Of a stretch of DNA of 64,000 nucleotides, positions 9,917-18,299 are shown one piece after another; the stretch's first letter is position 1, and each line of letters opens with the position of its first letter. The stretch is taken from positions 3,936,001-4,000,000 of the forward strand of contig OZ245006.1 of NCBI GenBank assembly GCA_965223545.1, in the 5' to 3' direction. Origin of the DNA: Planctomycetota bacterium (GTDB taxonomy: Bacteria; Planctomycetota; UBA1135; UBA2386). The notes under the pieces are model-generated. The model searched no databases and was not told the origin of the DNA. It saw only the letters and a program-made list of their open reading frames with translations. Position numbers and translations under genes: made by a program.

Positions 9917-12198
9917 CCACAGAAGCGACCTTCCGCTATCTCAACCTGGAGCGCCGCTGGCCGCGCTTCGAGCGCACGGGACTGCGCATCGACGCCAAGG
10001 GCGGATTGAGGCTGGCGCCAGCGATCACTTTCGAGAGCGTCGTGGCCGGCACCGCCACCCCCACACTCCCGGCGGCGACCGGACCGGCCGGCATCGGCGT
10101 CGATTCCGCGGGAAACGTCTGGTACGCAGACCCGACCGAACACAGGCTCCTCAAGCTCGACGCCTGCTCCGACTCAGTCCAGCAACAGACCTGCATGGAC
10201 GGGCCCGGACAGCTACCCGGTCAGTTACTCGAGCCGCACGGCGTGGCAGTCGCCAAGCGCGGAGAACGCGAGGTACTGATCGTCGCAGACTCGGGAAACC
10301 GACGCGTCCAGATCTTCGACCTCTTCACGTTCCAGCTGCTCGACGTCTGGTCGGGGCCACCGCCGGTGGCTGGCGTCCTCGCGCCCGGTGGTTTCGACAC
10401 ACCGTGGGACCTGGCTGTCGATCGGCGCGGTTGGGTGTTTGTCGCGGATCCTGGCCGCTACACAGGCAACGGACTGCGAACTGGGGGACGGGTCCAGCGG
10501 TTCTCGCTTGTTGGTGGCTTCGATCCGGAGTTCACCGCGACCATGACGGCGCAGCGCGCCCGACCGGCAGCGCCAGTCGGCGTCGCGATCGTGACGATGC
10601 CAAACGGTGACGAGCGACTGTTGGTGCTGGACGGGCATCCCGCGCGGGTACTGGTCTACACCGTCGACGGCAAGCTCGACGGGCTTGCGACCGAGACTTG
10701 GGCGGGAGCGCTGGCAGCGGAAGACGTGCCATTGACAGCGACGGTCAACGGCGACGTCCTGTACGTCGCCACTGCGGACGGCCGCCTCTTGAGCTTCGAC
10801 GACAGCGGCAGCCTGCTGGGATCCGTCACCGACGACACCGCTGTCGCCGGGATCGCGATCGACTGCGACGGCCGCCTGATGGCGACGGGCGCGGATGGAG
10901 GGCTACGGCGCGAAGCTGCAGGTGGCCGTTTCGGAACGTGCGGCACGTTCCTCGCGGGTCCGTTCGAGGTACAGGGCCGTCAGACCGAGTGGCAGATGCT
11001 GAGCGCAAGACTGGCCGCGTTGCCTGACGGCACTCATTTGCGGCTGTTTGCACGTACCAGTGATGTGGAGGACGGTGCCGCTACTCAGACCCCACCGGCG
11101 CCGGTGGCCTGTGACGGAAGCTTGATCGCCGAGGTGCGCACGGCCGAGCAAACTGCGGCTCTCGACGAGTGGTACGCCGGCCCCTGGGACCAACCCGAGA
11201 TCGGCCTGCGCAACGCTGCGGGCCGCTACCTGTGGATTGCCGGGATTCTGCAGGGCGACGGCACATCCACGCCGGTACTCGAGCAGCTGCGCGTCGACTT
11301 CGATCGGCCTGGGTGGATCCGAGACCTGCCAGCCCTGTATCGACGACAGGCCGGCGGACGCCGCCTCCGCAGCGACCCCTCTCAGGTGCGGTTCACGCTG
11401 CCGTCAGCGGACCGCGAGCGCCCCCAGCTCACCGTGCTGGAGACAGTCACGGCGGTCTTGGAGCGCACATGGGAATCGAGCAGCATGGCTCTGGAACGCC
11501 TGCCCACCTACCTAGACCCGAACGCTGCGCCGGACGAAGACAGCAACGGCTGGTTGGCGTGGCTGGCGACGTGGGTCGACCGAGGCCTCGACGAGCGCTG
11601 GAACGCGGCCCAGCGTCGCGCAGCCGTGTCGAATGCATTTGCCGAGCACGCACGCCGCGGGACGGTTGCGGGACTGCTGCATGCGCTATCGCAGGAGGCG
11701 GGTGTTCAAGCGATCCTGGACGAAGGTGCGCGACTACCCGGTCCATGGGTGCTTGGGAGCGGCAGTCGTATCGGATTGGATTCTGCACTGGTGGCGGCCG
11801 ACCCACACGGCGCAGTCCTGGGCACTACTGCGCATGCCGATCGCTCGCATCTCCGCGACGGCGCGCCGCCGGGACAAGTCCTGTTCGACGAGTTCGTGCA
11901 CCATTTCGTGGTGCAGGTCTACGCCGCCGATCTGCAAGGCAACGAACACCGCGGCCGCATCGAACACATCATCGAGCGCGAAAAGCCGGCACATACGAGT
12001 TTCGAGCTCTGCGTGCTCGAGCCGACGCTGCGCGTGGGGCTGCAAGCCACGCTCGGCGTCGACGCCATCGTGTCGCATAGCGACGCTGTCCGCCGGCCAC
12101 GCCTCGGCGGATCGCTTTCAACGCCGTTGGCCACCCCACCGGGACCAAGGGAGCCAGATGCCGGACGGCGCGTCGGTGTGGACGCACACCTGCAGTAA
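9913..12198 (+). CDS. NHL-repeat beta-propeller fused to a phage P2 gpI-like tail/baseplate domain
   Basis: GTGA overlap. NHL repeats ('PAGIGVDSAGNVWYAD', 'PHGVAV...VADSGNRRVQIF', 'PWDLAVD...FVADPG'); C-terminal 'LP.YLDP.AAP...WLAWLA.WV...RRGT..GL...IIEREKPAHT.FEL'. Confidence 0.85.
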   Translation: MTTEATFRYLNLERRWPRFERTGLRIDAKGGLRLAPAITFESVVAGTATPTLPAATGPAGIGVDSAGNVWYADPTEHRLLKLDACSDSVQQQTCMDGPGQLPGQLLEPHGVAVAKRGEREVLIVADSGNRRVQIFDLFTFQLLDVWSGPPPVAGVLAPGGFDTPWDLAVDRRGWVFVADPGRYTGNGLRTGGRVQRFSLVGGFDPEFTATMTAQRARPAAPVGVAIVTMPNGDERLLVLDGHPARVLVYTVDGKLDGLATETWAGALAAEDVPLTATVNGDVLYVATADGRLLSFDDSGSLLGSVTDDTAVAGIAIDCDGRLMATGADGGLRREAAGGRFGTCGTFLAGPFEVQGRQTEWQMLSARLAALPDGTHLRLFARTSDVEDGAATQTPPAPVACDGSLIAEVRTAEQTAALDEWYAGPWDQPEIGLRNAAGRYLWIAGILQGDGTSTPVLEQLRVDFDRPGWIRDLPALYRRQAGGRRLRSDPSQVRFTLPSADRERPQLTVLETVTAVLERTWESSSMALERLPTYLDPNAAPDEDSNGWLAWLATWVDRGLDERWNAAQRRAAVSNAFAEHARRGTVAGLLHALSQEAGVQAILDEGARLPGPWVLGSGSRIGLDSALVAADPHGAVLGTTAHADRSHLRDGAPPGQVLFDEFVHHFVVQVYAADLQGNEHRGRIEHIIEREKPAHTSFELCVLEPTLRVGLQATLGVDAIVSHSDAVRRPRLGGSLSTPLATPPGPREPDAGRRVGVDAHLQ

Positions 12199-12210
12199 CG
12201 GAGGACCGAG

Positions 12211-13908
12211 ATGTCGACATCAGAATGCTATTCCGCGAAAGAGCCCGCGCTCGCCGAACTGAGTGCGCCGGTCCGCAACCGCTATTTCTTCGGCAAGCTG
12301 CTCGACGCCCACCACCTCGAGCTCGAGCAAGATTACCTGAACCGCAAGCGATGGATGCTGAGCCGGCTCGGACTCGGCGCCGGCGTGCTCTGTGGGTTGC
12401 AGGTGCGCGCGATCCAGCGCGGGACGCGCCTGGAAATCGCACCGGGTGTGGCGATCGACGGGTTCGGCCGAGAGATCGTGGTGCCCGAGCCGAGCTCACC
12501 GATCGATCCCAGCCAGCCACTCGATGAGTGTGGCCGCCCTTCGGGCGCACCGTTGCGCACTGGCGGCACTGTCACCATCTGGCTTTGCTACCACGAGTGC
12601 GACGCCGAGCCGTCACGCGTAATGGTCGACGAGTGCGGCCCTGCCGAGAAATGCGAGAACGGCGTCACGATGGAGCGCTATCACGTGATGGTGACAGCTG
12701 GCGAGCCTGGCCTGCCGGGCAGGCTGTCGCCCAGAGAGTGTGCGGCGATCTTCGGCGAACCGCCCAAGCGTGGCACTCGCCGTGAGCTGATCTGCCGGTT
12801 GCTGTCCGGGCCCTGCCCCGACGTTGAGCAACCGTGTGTGCCGCTGGCGGTCGCCCGAATCGACGACAGTGGACGATTGTTGTCCGTCGACAACTGCGGG
12901 TTTCGAGCAAGCCTCTACAGCAATGCCATGCTGTTCGACCTGATCCTGTGCCTGGCCGAGCGCGTAGACATCTGCTGCGGAGGCAAGGCGCTCAAGGCGC
13001 TCGAGATCGTTTCGGGAAACTCGCAGAGCGGTACTCCTCAGCAGCCGCTTGCCGAACCGCTCGTCGTGCGCGTCACAGAAGGAGGCACTCCAGTCGCCAA
13101 CGAGACAGTCGACTTCCTGGCGATCGAGGGACGCGTCGGCGAATCGGGGACCTTGGGTGCGAGCTTCCAAACGCAAACCGACGGTAGCGGGCTTGCGACC
13201 TGCCCGGTCTGGGAGCTGGGCCCGGCAGAGGGTGTACACCGCACGCGGGCAACGATCAGTAGTGGCATGCCGGCCATGGTCGAGTTCCAAGCCGCAGCGA
13301 AACAACCGCAGCTCAGCTTCCCCACGATCGAATCGGTCTGGCCGCCGAACGCGACTTCCCTACGCCGCACGAGCGGCGGGATCGAGTCGGAGTGGTTCCA
13401 GCTCTGGTTGCGACAGCCATTCATCGAACTCACTTTCGATCGCAAGATCTGGCTGGAACAGCTGCAGAACCCGACCAACTGGTTGCGCGTGTTCATGGTC
13501 TTGTCGCATGGCGATAACGAGATCGAGGTGGTGCCACTCCCGGTCTTGTTCGACGGTGTGGGTACGACGCCGATCACCGGCGTTGCGGGCGTACCGGCGC
13601 GCTACACGCTGCCACAGGCGCCGCGCACTACGGGCAGGCTCGTGCGTTTCCTCGTGCTGGTGCGGCCCGAGCCCGACCTCGTCTTGGATGCCGACACTCG
13701 AAGCCTACTGCTCGACGGCGAGTTCGCCGGCAGCGTGCACGAGCAGGTGCAGCTGGACGAGATCTGGAGCTTGAAGGTCCCACACGTCTTCAACGACGAC
13801 GTCTGGAACGCGTTCGCGGCACCGACTCCGGCACCGGTGCTGCCACGCTCGGGTGATGGTGCCGAGGGCGGCCAGTTCCACAGCTGGTTCGAGCTGAGCC
13901 CGGAATGA
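12211..13908 (+). CDS. eCIS accessory protein, paralogue 3 (shared N-terminal domain, Cys-rich, Ig-like domain)
   Basis: GGAGG RBS. 'RNRYFFGKLLDA.HLELEQDY...G.GVLCGL...PGVAIDG.GREIVV'; Big_1-like 'IVSGN.QSG.....L..PLVVRV....PV....V.F...TDG.GLA'; ends 'SGDG.EGGQFHSWF'. Confidence 0.82.
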   Translation: MSTSECYSAKEPALAELSAPVRNRYFFGKLLDAHHLELEQDYLNRKRWMLSRLGLGAGVLCGLQVRAIQRGTRLEIAPGVAIDGFGREIVVPEPSSPIDPSQPLDECGRPSGAPLRTGGTVTIWLCYHECDAEPSRVMVDECGPAEKCENGVTMERYHVMVTAGEPGLPGRLSPRECAAIFGEPPKRGTRRELICRLLSGPCPDVEQPCVPLAVARIDDSGRLLSVDNCGFRASLYSNAMLFDLILCLAERVDICCGGKALKALEIVSGNSQSGTPQQPLAEPLVVRVTEGGTPVANETVDFLAIEGRVGESGTLGASFQTQTDGSGLATCPVWELGPAEGVHRTRATISSGMPAMVEFQAAAKQPQLSFPTIESVWPPNATSLRRTSGGIESEWFQLWLRQPFIELTFDRKIWLEQLQNPTNWLRVFMVLSHGDNEIEVVPLPVLFDGVGTTPITGVAGVPARYTLPQAPRTTGRLVRFLVLVRPEPDLVLDADTRSLLLDGEFAGSVHEQVQLDEIWSLKVPHVFNDDVWNAFAAPTPAPVLPRSGDGAEGGQFHSWFELSPE

Positions 13909-14234
13909 GCGTACGGGACCGAGAATCTTCGCGCGGCGACAACATTTCCGAGAGCCGGTTGTCGTCAGGACTTCGATACCGCAACTCCCGGACGCTGAGA
14001 AGCAACACGGGCGTCTGCGCTCAGCGTGGCCGTCCGGCACCGCTGGATTCGCGGGCTCCGCTACTGTCGCGGTGCGCTCGGATCTTGGTTGCGACCCCGG
14101 CCGCGCTGAGCGTACGGGACCGAGACCCGTCGCGCGGCAACAACATTGTCGTGGCGACGCCGCTGCCGCTCCGACGAGTGCGGCAGCCGAGTTTGGTTGC
14201 GGCCGAGGCCGCGCTGAGAACCAACGGAGAATGA
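13905..14234 (+). CDS. Possible 109-aa linker ORF spanning the repeats (doubtful protein)
   Basis: Its ATG overlaps the upstream stop and its TGA overlaps an in-frame ATG (14231) of the next gene. The Arg/Ser-rich sequence does not look like a folded protein. Confidence 0.3.
   Translation: MSVRDRESSRGDNISESRLSSGLRYRNSRTLRSNTGVCAQRGRPAPLDSRAPLLSRCARILVATPAALSVRDRDPSRGNNIVVATPLPLRRVRQPSLVAAEAALRTNGE
13906..14218. repeat. Interleaved imperfect direct repeats (A 13906-13946 / A' 14107-14147; B 14085-14110 / B' 14193-14218) plus an inverted copy at 14020-14032
   Basis: A vs A' match at 37/41 nt (tgagcgtacgggaccgaga-n4-tcgcgcggcRacaacatt). B vs B' match at 23/26 nt. ctcagcgtggccg (14020-14032) is the reverse complement of 14098-14110 at 12/13 nt. 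Confidence 0.9.
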
Positions 14235-14236
14235 AC

Positions 14237-15664
14237 ATGACGACAACTTCGTGCAGCTGTTCACCGGCGACGAGCACGAGTGGCGGCGCCGCGCTCGAGC
14301 GCACCCGCTACTTCGCCGGCCAACTGGTCACACCAGAGGACCTGACCCAGGACCAGACTTGGGTGCGGGAGCGCGCGCGCCGCCGCAATCGTCTGCTCTG
14401 GGGTTGGGGCGTCGTATGCGGCGCCGCAGTCCGGCCCGGCAACGACCGCTGCCAGGTCATCGTCGAGCCGGGCTTCATCATCGGGCCGTACGGCGATGAG
14501 ATCATGATCGACGAAGAGGCCGCGTTCGACGTCTGCGGGGTGGTTCAGGCCGACTCGTGTGACACGCTGCGGGCGGACCCGTGGTGTGATGACGTCCGTA
14601 CAGCGTGCTCCCCCGGAACCCGCTACCTCGCGGTCCGGTACGTCGAGACGAACAGCCGCGCGGTGCGCGCACCATCGGGCTCTTGCGGCTCCTGTGAGCC
14701 CGACTCCTGCGAGTACAGCAGGATCCGCGAGGGGTTCGAGCTATGCCTGCTGGACGAGCTACCCGAGACCTACGATGCGACACCGCAGAGCACTGGTCTC
14801 GGGATCCTCAACCCATGCCGTGGTCCATGCGGACGCCCCTGTCCTCAGTGCCCCACCAGTCCTTGGGTGGTCCTGGCAGACATCGTGATCGACGAACAGT
14901 GCCAGTGGCAGACGATCGACTGCCTGCGACATCGCCGTTTCACCATCTCCTGGGCCGAGTTCGCGCACTACTGTGGGCGGCTCAGCACGGGACCGATCGC
15001 CGGGGCCCGCGCGACGCTTGGATTGGTGACCGGCTATACCGAGCTGATCGACCCGGAGATGGAAGTGCGCGCCGCCCCACCGGTAATGACTCTGCGCTTG
15101 CTGCGCGCCGATGGCAGCAGTGTCGGACTGCCGGCGTACTTCAACGTCGAGGCCGGTGAGACGCTCGGCGCGTTCCTCGAGCGAGAGGGCGCGAGACAGC
15201 TCTACGATCCGGTCGCTGATCAAAACTACACCTTGCGCGAGCTGTTTCGGCTGAGCGGAGCGGATGCCTCCACGACGCTCGCAAGCCGTGCGGCCGCGCT
15301 CGGCTTGCTCGAGGATCGCAAGTTGGAGGTGGTCGCAGACCGGGTGAGTCGGACCGCGTTGGAAGTCGTGCTTACTGACGACGGGATCGAGCGACTGGAG
15401 CGGGAGTTCCTCGGTGCGCCGGAGCGAGCGATCGCCATGCGTCTCACCGAATTGGTTGGCGGCACGGAGTTGGCGGAACAAGTCAACGCGCTACGGCAGC
15501 TGACCGTCGCCGAGATCGCCGGCGTGCCGCAAAGCGAGTTCGCCGGCGAAGTCAGCCGGGCTGTGCCCGAAGAGAAGCAAGAAGCCGCACGGGCGCAGGC
15601 GATGCAGCTGTGGCGCAACGCGCAGCGGACCGTGGCGATCGCGCGGCGCCGCGAAGACTCTTGA
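14237..15664 (+). CDS. eCIS accessory protein, paralogue 4 (shared N-terminal domain, very Cys-rich; helical C-terminal half of unknown function)
   Basis: GGAGA RBS; alternative start at 14231. 'LERTRYFAGQLVTPEDLTQDQ...RRRNRLLWGWGVVCG...VEPGF.IGPYGDEI'; 'CEYSRIREGFEL'. Confidence 0.82.
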   Translation: MTTTSCSCSPATSTSGGAALERTRYFAGQLVTPEDLTQDQTWVRERARRRNRLLWGWGVVCGAAVRPGNDRCQVIVEPGFIIGPYGDEIMIDEEAAFDVCGVVQADSCDTLRADPWCDDVRTACSPGTRYLAVRYVETNSRAVRAPSGSCGSCEPDSCEYSRIREGFELCLLDELPETYDATPQSTGLGILNPCRGPCGRPCPQCPTSPWVVLADIVIDEQCQWQTIDCLRHRRFTISWAEFAHYCGRLSTGPIAGARATLGLVTGYTELIDPEMEVRAAPPVMTLRLLRADGSSVGLPAYFNVEAGETLGAFLEREGARQLYDPVADQNYTLRELFRLSGADASTTLASRAAALGLLEDRKLEVVADRVSRTALEVVLTDDGIERLEREFLGAPERAIAMRLTELVGGTELAEQVNALRQLTVAEIAGVPQSEFAGEVSRAVPEEKQEAARAQAMQLWRNAQRTVAIARRREDS

Positions 15665-15670
15665 CGCATC

Positions 15671-15699
15671 GCGTGCCGCGAGAATCTGTCGCGGCACGC
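15671..15699 (+). terminator. Perfect 11-bp hairpin just after the last eCIS gene (terminator or 3' stabilising structure; no U-tract)
   Basis: gcgtgccgcga-gaatctg-tcgcggcacgc, 6 nt after the stop codon. Confidence 0.5.
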
Positions 15700-15808
15700 A
15701 ACGTGTGCTGGCGCTTCTGCACTCGTGTTCGAGTTGAACCTGTACAGCACATCCCTACTCTTGGTGTCGGGCGGCCAACCAGGGAGGCACTTGCACTCGA
15801 GGGCCCCG

Positions 15809-16441
15809 ATGCGCGAAAGCAAGAGCACTTTGGTGGTGGGTGTTCCGCTGGTTGCTGAGGCGATGGCGGAGGCGCTAAGCAACTCCGACGCCAACTATGT
15901 CGTCCGCTGGGTGCACCATGACGAGGATGTCAGCTCCACGGTGTGTGCGCTGCAGCCCGACCTACTGCTGGTGGCCTGGAACTCGGGACGCGGCCGCGCG
16001 TGGGTCGAGGGTGCAGCGCGTTCGCCGGTGCAGGTGCGCGTCGTTGCGCTGGGCGTGCCAAACGAACGCGCGCAGGTTGTCGCCTGCCTGGAGGCTGGCG
16101 CGTGCGACTGGCTACCGTCCGATGCCGGGTTCGACAGCCTTTGCAACAAGGTCGACGCGGTCCTCGCCGGCCGAAACCAACTACCGGCCGACATCGTCTA
16201 CGCGATGACCCATCGGTTGTCGGCGCTGGCGCGCGAACGGCGTCGCGGCACGATTCCGCTGACCGAACGCGAGCTCGAGATCCTTCGCCTGATCGATCTC
16301 GGTATGAGCAACAAGGAGATCGCGACATCCTTGAAGCGATCGCTGCACACGATCAAGAACCACGTGCACCATATCCTCGAGAAGCTCGAGGTCCCCACTC
16401 GACAAAAGGCCGCGCACTGGTACCGCAGTCGGATCGGCTGA
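15809..16441 (+). CDS. LuxR/NarL-family regulator with atypical receiver domain
   Basis: 'PLTERELEILRLIDLGMSNKEIA..L..S.HTIKNHVHHILEKL'. REC-like N-terminus has 'PDLLLVAW' where the phospho-Asp is expected. Start uncertain (15725 or 15809). Confidence 0.9.
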   Translation: MRESKSTLVVGVPLVAEAMAEALSNSDANYVVRWVHHDEDVSSTVCALQPDLLLVAWNSGRGRAWVEGAARSPVQVRVVALGVPNERAQVVACLEAGACDWLPSDAGFDSLCNKVDAVLAGRNQLPADIVYAMTHRLSALARERRRGTIPLTERELEILRLIDLGMSNKEIATSLKRSLHTIKNHVHHILEKLEVPTRQKAAHWYRSRIG

Positions 16442-16453
16442 ACCTGTTTCGAG

Positions 16454-17113
16454 CTACAGCCGGTTGGAGTCGGTCGCTGGTCCAGCCAACAGTGGCATCA
16501 GCGCGAACACCTCTTGCCGGGACGCGGCACCGAGCTTGCGCAGGATTCGGTGCAGATGGTTCTTCGTGGTGGATATGGTGATACCGAGTGACCGCGCGAT
16601 GTCCTTGTTGGAGTACTGAGCGGCAACGAGTTCCGCGATCTCCATCTCACGAACGCTGAGGGTATTGGTGACCGGGACTCCGGCGCCGCCGTTCGAGACT
16701 TCGTGCAACCGTCGCAGCAGATCACGCACCACGCTCGGCGGCAGCAGCGTGCGGCCGTTGCAAAGTTGTTCAACGGCGACGGCGAGGTCTCGCACTCCCC
16801 GTCCCGCGTCCAGCAGCGAGTTCGCGCCGGCAAGCAAGAGATCACTCCACTGGTAGTGTGGGGTCGCGACGTCGAACACCAGGACCGGGCCTCTGTAGCC
16901 GCTGTCGCGGAGCTCCGTCAGTGTGGCGCGATCCCAGTCCAGATCGCTGGACCGAATGAGGAACACACCATGACTCGGCAGATCGCTGCGGCGCGCGGGC
17001 ATCGTGCAGCCGCCGGCACGCGGCGCTTGCAGGATCTGCTGAAGAGCACGGGCCAAGCTCTGAGCCTCCCAAGCCTGCCGGGCGCCGACCTGGATTTGAG
17101 CACAGGTGTTCAC
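16454..17113 (-). CDS. LuxR/NarL-family regulator with degenerate receiver domain
   Basis: 'LSVREMEIAELVA..YSNKDIAR.LGITISTTKNHLHRILRKLG'; 'AGANSLL' REC remnant. Confidence 0.88.
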   Translation of the reverse strand: MNTCAQIQVGARQAWEAQSLARALQQILQAPRAGGCTMPARRSDLPSHGVFLIRSSDLDWDRATLTELRDSGYRGPVLVFDVATPHYQWSDLLLAGANSLLDAGRGVRDLAVAVEQLCNGRTLLPPSVVRDLLRRLHEVSNGGAGVPVTNTLSVREMEIAELVAAQYSNKDIARSLGITISTTKNHLHRILRKLGAASRQEVFALMPLLAGPATDSNRL

Positions 17114-17466
17114 TGCTCGCTCTCCTCATGATCAGCCCCGACCTCTTGCACCAGCGCGGCAAGTCCGGGCCAACCCTCGAGCGCCCGCTCGGTGATCGGA
17201 CGACGAAAGGCGCAAATCTGCCGACCCGGACCGAGTCCGACGACGACCAAGTCGGGTACCACGGAGAGTAAATGAGTCGTGATCCCAGTGATCGACGCAC
17301 CGCCGGAGTGGTCGAGGATCACCAGCGCCGGCTGCATCCGCCGCGTCGCGTTGAGCAGCTCCAGTGGCCGAAACGGCATGCGCAGGTCGTGGACCTCGGC
17401 AAACGGAACGACGTCGAACACGGCCTCGAGCTGAGGCGTCCGCTCTGCTCCTAGTAGCACCCGCAC
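17110..17466 (-). CDS. Small stand-alone receiver-like protein
   Basis: 'MRVLL...QPALVILDH...LL..VPDLVVVGL' CheY-like pattern; GTGA overlap with the LuxR gene. Confidence 0.6.
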   Translation of the reverse strand: MRVLLGAERTPQLEAVFDVVPFAEVHDLRMPFRPLELLNATRRMQPALVILDHSGGASITGITTHLLSVVPDLVVVGLGPGRQICAFRRPITERALEGWPGLAALVQEVGADHEESEQ

Positions 17467-17621
17467 ACCGACATGTCAGCGTGCCGGCGCCGCAGCGCCA
17501 ATGGAGCAACAGAGCCATTCGGGTCTCCGCTTGGATCCGGATCCCGGCACCCGCAGGTTCACGTTGCCCTAGCTCTCTCGATCCGGCTCGCGGGCGTGGG
17601 CAAACCGGCGCGGGCCTTGGG

Positions 17622-17679
17622 TTGACAACCCATCGGCCGAGCCATATTATCGACCCTGGTCGATTTCGACCGTAGTCGA
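17622..17679 (+). promoter_or_regulatory. Sigma70-type promoter (TTGACA-N17-TATTAT) with two tandem palindromic operators
   Basis: TTGACA at 17622-17627 and TATTAT at 17645-17650. ATCGACC-ct-GGTCGAT at 17649-17664 and TCGAC-cgta-GTCGA at 17666-17679, directly before the TetR gene. Confidence 0.82.
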
Positions 17680-17684
17680 TTTTG

Positions 17685-18299
17685 ATGCTCACCGCCCAGA
17701 CCGCCACGCCACCTGGCACGCGTCAAGACCGCCGTCGTCGCCGGACGCGTGGCGCCCTGTACCAGGCCGCCCTTCAGCTGTTCGAGGAGAACGGCTTCGA
17801 GGCGACGACGGTCGCGGACATCGCGGAGCGCGCCGACGCCGGCAAGGGCACCTTCTTCCACCACTTCCCGACCAAGGACCACGTCCTCGTCGCCTATTGG
17901 AACGAGTTCAACGCGCGGCTCTTGAGCGAGCTGGAACGCATCCGCAAGCGAACGGCGCGGGCGCGGTTACTCGCGGCGATGGAGATCGCCGGCAGGGCGG
18001 CCAAGTCGGAGCCCGAGGTCGGTCGCGTGCTCTTGGGGCGGTTCTTCGTCAGCGCCGCACTCCTGGACTCCGACCGCGACAACGAGAGGCGGCTGTCCGG
18101 CTGGCTGTCCGACACTCTGCAGGTCGGCATCGATCGGGGCGAGCTGCGCGCCGATGCGGATGTCGAGAGTCTCTTGTTCCTGATCATCGCCAGCATGAGC
18201 GCGACGTTCCGCGACTACGTCTTGTCCGGAACCGGCGACCCGGTCGCGCTGATGAAGCGGCGCATGTCTTTGCTCTTGGCCAGCGTGGAGGTTTCGTGA
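17685..18299 (+). CDS. TetR/AcrR-family transcriptional regulator
   Basis: 'AALQLF.ENGFEATTVADIAERADAGKGTFFHHFPTKD'. Confidence 0.96.
   Translation: MLTAQTATPPGTRQDRRRRRTRGALYQAALQLFEENGFEATTVADIAERADAGKGTFFHHFPTKDHVLVAYWNEFNARLLSELERIRKRTARARLLAAMEIAGRAAKSEPEVGRVLLGRFFVSAALLDSDRDNERRLSGWLSDTLQVGIDRGELRADADVESLLFLIIASMSATFRDYVLSGTGDPVALMKRRMSLLLASVEVS

Larger units (their letters stand above)
1..15664 (+). other. Extracellular-type contractile injection system (eCIS) gene cluster, distal part; truncated at the left edge
   Basis: Co-directional genes, mostly joined by ATGA/GTGA overlaps, in the order gpD-like, gpV/gp5-like, PAAR, gp25, baseplate J x2, accessory genes, gpI-like. No capsid, terminase, integrase or TssJLM/TssK genes were seen. 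Confidence 0.88.

Noticed and set aside
13906..14218. CRISPR array or integron attC cassettes
   Set aside because: Only two copies of each repeat, irregular spacing, no cas or integrase gene, and no clear attC core sites.
1..15664. Prophage tail or canonical T6SS interpretation
   Set aside because: No capsid, portal, terminase, integrase or lysis genes and no TssJ/K/L/M or ClpV are in view. Two tandem large baseplate-J genes fit eCIS better. The left flank is unseen, so this is not fully excluded.
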